Source of the DNA: a virus
Taxonomy: Duplodnaviria > Caudoviricetes
Direction: 5' to 3' (one strand)
Virus record (IMG/VR): IMGVR_UViG_3300020044_002789
Span: 1-50,428 of that record
DNA: 50,428 nt
Each line of letters begins with the position of its first letter. Position 1 is the stretch's first letter. Of this stretch, positions 44,838-50,428 are shown piece after piece. Under the pieces are notes generated by a model. That model saw nothing but the letters and a program-made list of their open reading frames with translations. It did not search any database and was not told where the DNA came from. Both the position numbers and the translations under genes were made by a program.

Positions 44838-45182
44838 TTACGCAGCAGCCGGAACTAGACGAACATAAATGTCGCCAGCGGTCGTGCCTGACTTAGCGGT
44901 CACAGCGTGACCGATGAACTTGTTGCTCGTGGCAGTAACATTGATAACGCCACCCGATGTAACATACATCGCAGCGCCAACAGTTACAGCTACCGAAGTA
45001 GTGAGCTTGAATACGCCGTTTAGCTTTAGAGTGGCGTAGTAGTTGCCATCCTCACCAAGAACTGCGTCATTTTGTGCGACACCGATGATTTGACCAACCT
45101 GAACCAAGTCGCCTGAGTTAACAGTGCTGGCTACAGGAAGGACAAGCTCGTTGCCAATTGTGTAAATCTCATTAAGAGCCAT
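44838..45182 (-). CDS. Capsid decoration protein (DUF2190-like)
   Basis: VNSGDLVQVGQIIGVA...GVFKL; between protease and capsid. Confidence 0.8.
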   Translation of the reverse strand: MALNEIYTIGNELVLPVASTVNSGDLVQVGQIIGVAQNDAVLGEDGNYYATLKLNGVFKLTTSVAVTVGAAMYVTSGGVINVTATSNKFIGHAVTAKSGTTAGDIYVRLVPAAA

Positions 45183-45197
45183 TTACTTTTCCTTCTA

Positions 45198-46178
45198 CTA
45201 TTTGCCCGAGATGCGGTTCACAACAGCTGCGAACTCATCTTCTAGGCTTGACTTGGTTGCCTCGTGGATAACACCAGTGGTGTCAGCTACAGTGGCGATG
45301 GCAACGGACTCGCTGATTTCGGCAACATATGCCTTCTCATCAGCAATAAGCTCGTCAACCGACTTTGTGTTGGCTTCTGACTTAAGAGCCTCGACTACGC
45401 GAGTGAGGGCCTTGGTCGGTAGACCAGATTCGTTGAACTTCACTGCCATGTCAACTGGGTTAACAGCTTCGACTACCTCTTCGATAGTTTCAACTTCGTC
45501 AACCTCGGCTGGCTTAGCTGCCTCTGCAAGAATCGAAACCGACTCTACAACTGGCGTGATTGCCTCAACGAAGGCAGTTTTGAGGTCAGCAATAGCTGCG
45601 TCAAACTCTTCCTTAGTAATGGACATTCCATTTCCTTCCGATACGGATTCTGTAACCGGAGTGGTTTCAGCATCTTTTCTAGTATAGCTTTCTAGGAGGT
45701 TCAAAAACTTTCCTCCTGCGCCAGCTACAGTAACGACATCTACGCTAGTCAAAGGGTCTTCGACCAGCGATTCGATGATTGGACCCTCTCGGCCCTCTGC
45801 CTCTCCAACCTTGGCTTCGCCAAGAGCGTGAATTGACAAACCTACATCCTCATACATTTCTTTAATGATTGGTGCATAGTGGGAGTAGAATTCAATGTCA
45901 GCGACAAGGCCATTTTCTGTGAACACAGAGTCAGATGTTAGCTTGCCAGCAAGCTGGTGAACATCGCGCTCTGGTCTTTCTGATGACTCGCTGAGTGATG
46001 GGTGATTCATAAAAACTTTTGTTCCGGCCTTGAAAACTTTAGGACCGAAGCTCTTTAGCATTTCTGCGCCGTAATAACCTGACGAACCCCAGCCAGCTTC
46101 AATAATCTTAACGCGCCACTTGTTGCCGGATTTAACCGGAGCAGCTAGTGCAGCGTTCTCGTTTAGCGTTATAGCCAT
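45198..46178 (-). CDS. Capsid maturation protease / scaffold fusion
   Basis: IIEAGWGSSGYY, FMNHP, VGLSI, SVDVVTVAGAGG; acidic helical C-terminus. Confidence 0.85.
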   Translation of the reverse strand: MAITLNENAALAAPVKSGNKWRVKIIEAGWGSSGYYGAEMLKSFGPKVFKAGTKVFMNHPSLSESSERPERDVHQLAGKLTSDSVFTENGLVADIEFYSHYAPIIKEMYEDVGLSIHALGEAKVGEAEGREGPIIESLVEDPLTSVDVVTVAGAGGKFLNLLESYTRKDAETTPVTESVSEGNGMSITKEEFDAAIADLKTAFVEAITPVVESVSILAEAAKPAEVDEVETIEEVVEAVNPVDMAVKFNESGLPTKALTRVVEALKSEANTKSVDELIADEKAYVAEISESVAIATVADTTGVIHEATKSSLEDEFAAVVNRISGK

Positions 46179-46222
46179 AAAATCTCCAATAGGTGTTTAC
46201 TATGTATTATTATAGCATACAA

Positions 46223-47656
46223 CTACGCAACAGGAGCATTATCTCCGGGGCGCAAATCGTTTGCATTATCCTGCATCGAGCCAGCTACTCCAGAATTACC
46301 TTGAGATGGCACAATAGAGCTGTCATTGTTCGATGAAGTGTCGTTGCTAGACATTCCATCGCTAGGTGGCTCGTTGTGCAGCTTGGCAATATCGAGGGTC
46401 TCGATAACCGCGTTGCGGTATTCGTCATCCCAGATAGCGTTCGATTCCTTGGCGAGTGCAAGTGCTTGCATCATGCGCTGGCTTGGCTCGGTTTCAATCT
46501 TAGGCCAGTTGATTTCAAGGGCATCCATGTTAGCGCCAATGAACTTCATAACTCTGCGGTAGAACAAGGTCCAGACCTGCTGGCGAGCTTCCATAGCCTT
46601 CACAGTTGGAACATCCAGAGTCTGTGCGGTTCCGTAAGCGCCAGATGTTCCCGGGTCAGATAGCAATGCCACAACTGACACTTCAAGTGCCGATGCAACC
46701 ATCGAGCCAAGTGCGCGACCATCGTTTAGGTTCACAGCGTTGGCGCGAGGCATTGAGCTGAGTTCCATGTCGTTCGACATCACAGCAGTAGAGCCGGCGT
46801 TGGTTGGGGTGGCGATAGTTGCAGCAGCAGATGTCGCTCCAGCTTTCGTCTTGGTCTTTAGCTGCCAAGCAAACATCGAGAGAGCCTTCAGCATACGCGA
46901 GCCATCTTTGAGATACTCGTTGTAAGCGTGTGCCCAAGGTAGAGCTGGGAAAGCGTCAGGCACACCCCAGATTTGACCTGCTCGGCGGTTCACCTTAGAA
47001 GCAAGCATACGATACTTAGCGTCAACAGGCTGGTTCTGGATGGTGGCAGCAAAGCGACCACCCATAGGCTCGTAGGTGTCAGCTGGATACCAGCGGTTCA
47101 TCTGCACAGCTTTAGGAGCAGTAGAGTTTAGCTCCTGCTCGTAGCGAGTCCAGCTTCTGCGGTAGTAGCGGATAATCTCTTGGTTGTCTGGGTCGGTGAC
47201 AACGCCAGTAATCTCATTGAATGGGATTCGCTGGAACTTCTTGGTCGAAACCTCGCCAAGAATAAAGAACTGACCATCGGTAAAGTGGCTGCGCTCATTG
47301 ATTGCCTGTGCCTCAGCTGAGAATAGAACATCTTGGTTCTGCTCGTCAGACATGATTCTGCGGATGCGCGGAGGCTGCTCGCTGAATGAAACGCCCTTAC
47401 CAAAGATGTAGCTTGAGCGAAGACCGCAACCACGCTTTAGAAGTGGGTTGGCTTCAGAGTTCTCGCGGATAACTCCAGCAGCACGCTGAAGCTCTTCAAG
47501 CTTGAAAGCGTCTACCAGCTCAACCTGCCCATAGAGAGTCCAGCCTTTATCTTCGAAAGCCAGCATAGCTTGAGCCATCGAAGCGTAGCTTTCGCGAAGT
47601 AGCTCATTTTCGTTTGCAATCGCTCCAAATTGCTCTGAAAGTTGGGTGAAATCCAT
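46223..47656 (-). CDS. Portal protein
   Basis: Between terminase and protease; NPLLKRG, DGQFF, WGVPD motifs. Confidence 0.85.
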   Translation of the reverse strand: MDFTQLSEQFGAIANENELLRESYASMAQAMLAFEDKGWTLYGQVELVDAFKLEELQRAAGVIRENSEANPLLKRGCGLRSSYIFGKGVSFSEQPPRIRRIMSDEQNQDVLFSAEAQAINERSHFTDGQFFILGEVSTKKFQRIPFNEITGVVTDPDNQEIIRYYRRSWTRYEQELNSTAPKAVQMNRWYPADTYEPMGGRFAATIQNQPVDAKYRMLASKVNRRAGQIWGVPDAFPALPWAHAYNEYLKDGSRMLKALSMFAWQLKTKTKAGATSAAATIATPTNAGSTAVMSNDMELSSMPRANAVNLNDGRALGSMVASALEVSVVALLSDPGTSGAYGTAQTLDVPTVKAMEARQQVWTLFYRRVMKFIGANMDALEINWPKIETEPSQRMMQALALAKESNAIWDDEYRNAVIETLDIAKLHNEPPSDGMSSNDTSSNNDSSIVPSQGNSGVAGSMQDNANDLRPGDNAPVA

Positions 47657-47689
47657 CAAAAAGTCCTTAAAAGTCGGTGTAAGACTATT

Positions 47690-49195
47690 CTACCATACCC
47701 AGCTACTATAAAAGGGGAACTGCTCGTCAAGTGGATTCGTGTCCCAAGTCACAACATCGCCCGGTTTCTTATCGCCAAACTTAGAGTTAACGATGTGCTC
47801 CAAGTTTGCAGCAGCGTAAACCAAAGCATCCAAATGGTCAGGGGATTTAACACCGCGTGAACGCATGTCATCCTTCGATTCAATCTGGATTGCACCCTTA
47901 GCAGAGAACTTATACTGAATCATCATAATCTCATCCAGCAGTGTCTTGTCGTCTGGGTCTAGGTCAATGCTGCCATCGAGCATCTTCTCGCGCAGGAAGT
48001 CAAAGTTGTAAGCACGAGCGTTTAGCCAGCGCGTGTTGTCTGGGCTAGCAGCAGAGCCTAGCATCGAGATGACAGTATAAGAGTTGTTTGCGATATTCAC
48101 AATAAGGTCAACTACCGGGCCACCAAGACCCGATGCGTCAACGCGCACTTCTTTAACGCCATGCTCAATCGCAAGCCTGTGCACTCGGTTAGCCGATTCG
48201 ATTGCGGTAGCCTTAGTCCAGCTGTCGAGCTTTCGGCAGCGACCACCGCGATTGATGTAAACCACAGAGTCATCCTCACCGAAACGCGCAAGGTCAACGC
48301 CCAGCACAGCAGGGATATCCATATCATCGTCAACCTCAGCATCAATTGACCTGTCAATTGCAGACTGCGAGAAGAAGGTGTTGTCAGCCTCGTCTGGGAA
48401 CTCAGCGAGAATCTTAGACTTGTATCGAGCAGACTCTTCGCCCCACGAAATCTTCTGGCGCTCCACCCACTCGCGCTGGATAAGCAAAGGCTTCAGCTCT
48501 TCAGGGATTGCCTCGCCGGTAAAGTTAGGCGTGTCAAACGCCGAAATCTTAATCTTGTGCCAAGTCGGGTCTTCGCGGAAAATCTTGTGGAACGGAGTTC
48601 CGCGCGAGTCAGGGTTTCCAATCGCCAGAACGCGAGCACCCTCTGTGTTGGTAACAGCTTCGGTAGCGGTATAGAGGTCTTCCGGAATACCACCAGCCTC
48701 ATCCAGAACAACTAGAACATATCGGCGGTGGATACCTTGGAAGGCAGAAACGATATCTTTGTCAGCAGGTCTACGACCCCAAGCCATAACTGTTCCGTCA
48801 TCGAGCTTCCACTCCTGAGCTTGGGTAATGTAACCCGGCAGCTTTACGCCATGCTCGGCAGCTAGGCGGAAGTTGTCTTGGATTTCCTTGAACAGAACTC
48901 GCGCAATCTGGATATAAGTAGGCGCAGAACAAATCACAGCAACATCGCGTGAATCGTGAACCGCAACCCACCAAACAGCAATAATGCCAGCAAGACCACT
49001 CTTGCCGGCTCCGTTACATGATACAACCGCTGTGTGGGAGTTCTCAACCACAGACCGGGCAATCTCCTCCTGCTTACTCCACAGGGTCTTGCCTAGAACC
49101 TCTTTAGCCCACAGCTTAATGTCGGTAAGGTATTCTTCCTTCTTAGACCGCGAGCGCAAATCTGCAATCACCGCGTCTAATACATTGTCAATCAA
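47690..49195 (-). CDS. terL: Terminase large subunit
   Basis: SCNGAGKS Walker A, VVLDEAGG Walker B, AIGNP, LGVDLARFGEDDSV, KSPDHLDA nuclease motifs. Confidence 0.95.
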   Translation of the reverse strand: MIDNVLDAVIADLRSRSKKEEYLTDIKLWAKEVLGKTLWSKQEEIARSVVENSHTAVVSCNGAGKSGLAGIIAVWWVAVHDSRDVAVICSAPTYIQIARVLFKEIQDNFRLAAEHGVKLPGYITQAQEWKLDDGTVMAWGRRPADKDIVSAFQGIHRRYVLVVLDEAGGIPEDLYTATEAVTNTEGARVLAIGNPDSRGTPFHKIFREDPTWHKIKISAFDTPNFTGEAIPEELKPLLIQREWVERQKISWGEESARYKSKILAEFPDEADNTFFSQSAIDRSIDAEVDDDMDIPAVLGVDLARFGEDDSVVYINRGGRCRKLDSWTKATAIESANRVHRLAIEHGVKEVRVDASGLGGPVVDLIVNIANNSYTVISMLGSAASPDNTRWLNARAYNFDFLREKMLDGSIDLDPDDKTLLDEIMMIQYKFSAKGAIQIESKDDMRSRGVKSPDHLDALVYAAANLEHIVNSKFGDKKPGDVVTWDTNPLDEQFPFYSSWVW

Positions 49196-49692
49196 TTCTC
49201 TCGCTCCGCCATAATCTCGCCCTTAGCGTGCAGCAAACCTTCGGCAACTAGCTCTTCAAGCTCGCCTCGGCTAATCTGTGGGTAACGCTCAGCCAGCTCG
49301 TTCTTTGCAAACGACAAAGCAGAGTCCATCGCACGCAGTAGCACGCCCTGCTGGAACTCGGTAAGTTTAATCAGGTTCTCATCCAGCTCCTGCTGCTGGC
49401 TATCTAGGCGCTTGCCGATAGTCTCAAGGGTCTTCAGCAATAGTCGCTGGGTGTCAAGGTCGCCGGTCTTCATGGCGTTGTCGGTCAGAACTTCCTTGAG
49501 CTGGTTCAGCTCGGCAAGGAGTAGTTGGCGTTGCTCGTGCTCGGTCCAAATGTTGCGCGAGGCTAGCAGTTGCTTCACATGCACAACGGCCTGAGCTGCC
49601 GGAATACCAGTCAAACGCTCAAGCTCAACACCTGACTTACCGCCAGCTGCTGCTTTAATTAGAACATCATCGAGAAGAGCAATGCCACCCAT
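49192..49692 (-). CDS. Putative terminase small subunit
   Basis: Directly upstream of terL; N-terminal HTH-like segment, helical. Confidence 0.6.
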   Translation of the reverse strand: MGGIALLDDVLIKAAAGGKSGVELERLTGIPAAQAVVHVKQLLASRNIWTEHEQRQLLLAELNQLKEVLTDNAMKTGDLDTQRLLLKTLETIGKRLDSQQQELDENLIKLTEFQQGVLLRAMDSALSFAKNELAERYPQISRGELEELVAEGLLHAKGEIMAEREN

Positions 49693-49904
49693 TAGAGACC
49701 CTTATTCCAGACCAGCTTCTGTGCCTCGAACTGGATGCGAGCATCGGTCAGCTTATCCTCAAGCTTCTCTACCTTGTCGGCTAGCTCGTTGTGGCGGATG
49801 ATTAGCTCTTGGATGACCTGCTGCATCTCGTAAAGCATTTCCTGAGTTTCGTCTTCTTCTACTGTGTCAGTAGTGTCTTCGATTGGGTCATTGATTCCAC
49901 GCAT
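49692..49904 (-). CDS. Hypothetical coiled-coil protein
   Basis: AAGGAG RBS; TAATG coupling. Confidence 0.65.
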   Translation of the reverse strand: MRGINDPIEDTTDTVEEDETQEMLYEMQQVIQELIIRHNELADKVEKLEDKLTDARIQFEAQKLVWNKGL

Positions 49905-49959
49905 GTTGGCTCCTTGAAAGTTTTAAAAAATTACCGCGAAAAATTTTTGGGAAGGCGTT

Positions 49960-50190
49960 TTAGAGGTCGCCTAATTCCATCCGATATGTTTGAATAGCCT
50001 CGTCAATGATGTCCCACGCTTCGTAGTCGCCAGCCATCTCGAAGTAAACCATCTCACAGTCCTCGGTGGTTACATCGCAGAAAGTGGCTACCCAGACATC
50101 GGCATCGCTGTCGTCTTGGGCAGGGTCGTGCAAGTCTAGGTGGATGGAGTAGTTACCATACCCGGAGAGATTAACAATAAGTTCTGACAT
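49960..50190 (-). CDS. Hypothetical acidic protein, probably leaderless
   Basis: TGTGG-TAAGAT lies 6 nt upstream of ATG. Confidence 0.65.
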   Translation of the reverse strand: MSELIVNLSGYGNYSIHLDLHDPAQDDSDADVWVATFCDVTTEDCEMVYFEMAGDYEAWDIIDEAIQTYRMELGDL

Positions 50191-50288
50191 GCGACTATCT
50201 TACCACATTGTTTTATGGTAAGTTACGCAAATAATTCCGAAAGTGAGGCGGAGTTCGTGTGGGTGTGCCGCGTGACAAAAATAAAACT

Positions 50289-50317
50289 ATCTTACCATAA
50301 AATGATTTGTTTGTCAA
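50289..50317 (-). promoter_or_regulatory. SigA-type promoter facing the late arm
   Basis: TTGACA-17-TAAGAT with TGG extension on - strand. Confidence 0.8.
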
Positions 50318-50428
50318 GTCATTTTCGGTAACGATTTCGTTATAAACTTTTTTCGTGTTTTGGCACTTTTCGGGTTCAAAGTGTGGTTTACTTTTCTTGT
50401 CACCGAAAGACGGAGACAGAAAGAAGAA
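50308..50428. repeat. Terminal direct repeat copy 2
   Basis: Identical to 1-121. Confidence 0.95.

Noticed and set aside
50308-50428. 121-bp terminal repeat as a biological DTR
   Set aside because: It is an exact overlap of k-mer-like length that cuts through a promoter, so it is most simply an assembler circularisation overlap. Real ends need read data.
1-50428. Alternative genetic code, integrase/lysogeny module, introns or inteins
   Set aside because: Genes are intact in code 11 and use all three stops, no suppressor tRNA is present, no recombinase or repressor cassette was recognised, and TerL, NrdJ and helicase have normal lengths.

Overview
This window is an apparently complete, circularly assembled genome of a lytic siphovirus of Actinobacteria: about 50.3 kb unique sequence, with bases 1-121 repeated at 50308-50428. 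Host assignment rests on a WhiB-family gene, GACAC promoter boxes and actinophage-type head genes. The two arms converge on a bidirectional terminator at about 21.6 kb. The + arm (1-21564) carries a promoter-dense early region of small acidic and ArdA-like proteins, an oriC-like locus with two perfect DnaA boxes, replication and recombination genes (SNF2-type helicase, WhiB, Cas4-like nuclease, AAA ATPase, SSB-like protein, primase-helicase, RuvC-like resolvase), two tRNAs, ThyX and thioredoxin. The - arm (21622-50190) carries terminase, portal, protease, capsid, neck, tail and lysis genes, with NlpC/P60, class II RNR and a second fibre inserted as self-contained cassettes. I found no integrase and no DNA polymerase. 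The most unusual signal is a candidate translation-initiation control programme with four parts: (i) a tRNA-shaped RNA in the tRNA cluster whose anticodon arm is replaced by an 18-nt anti-Shine-Dalgarno loop complementary to the phage's own RBSs; (ii) a second ~75-nt sRNA displaying CCUCC in a hairpin loop; (iii) three genes (whiB, AAA ATPase, nrdJ) that appear to start at ATC/ATT; (iv) several leaderless late genes. All annotation was done by eye; protein family calls come from motif recognition, not database searches.
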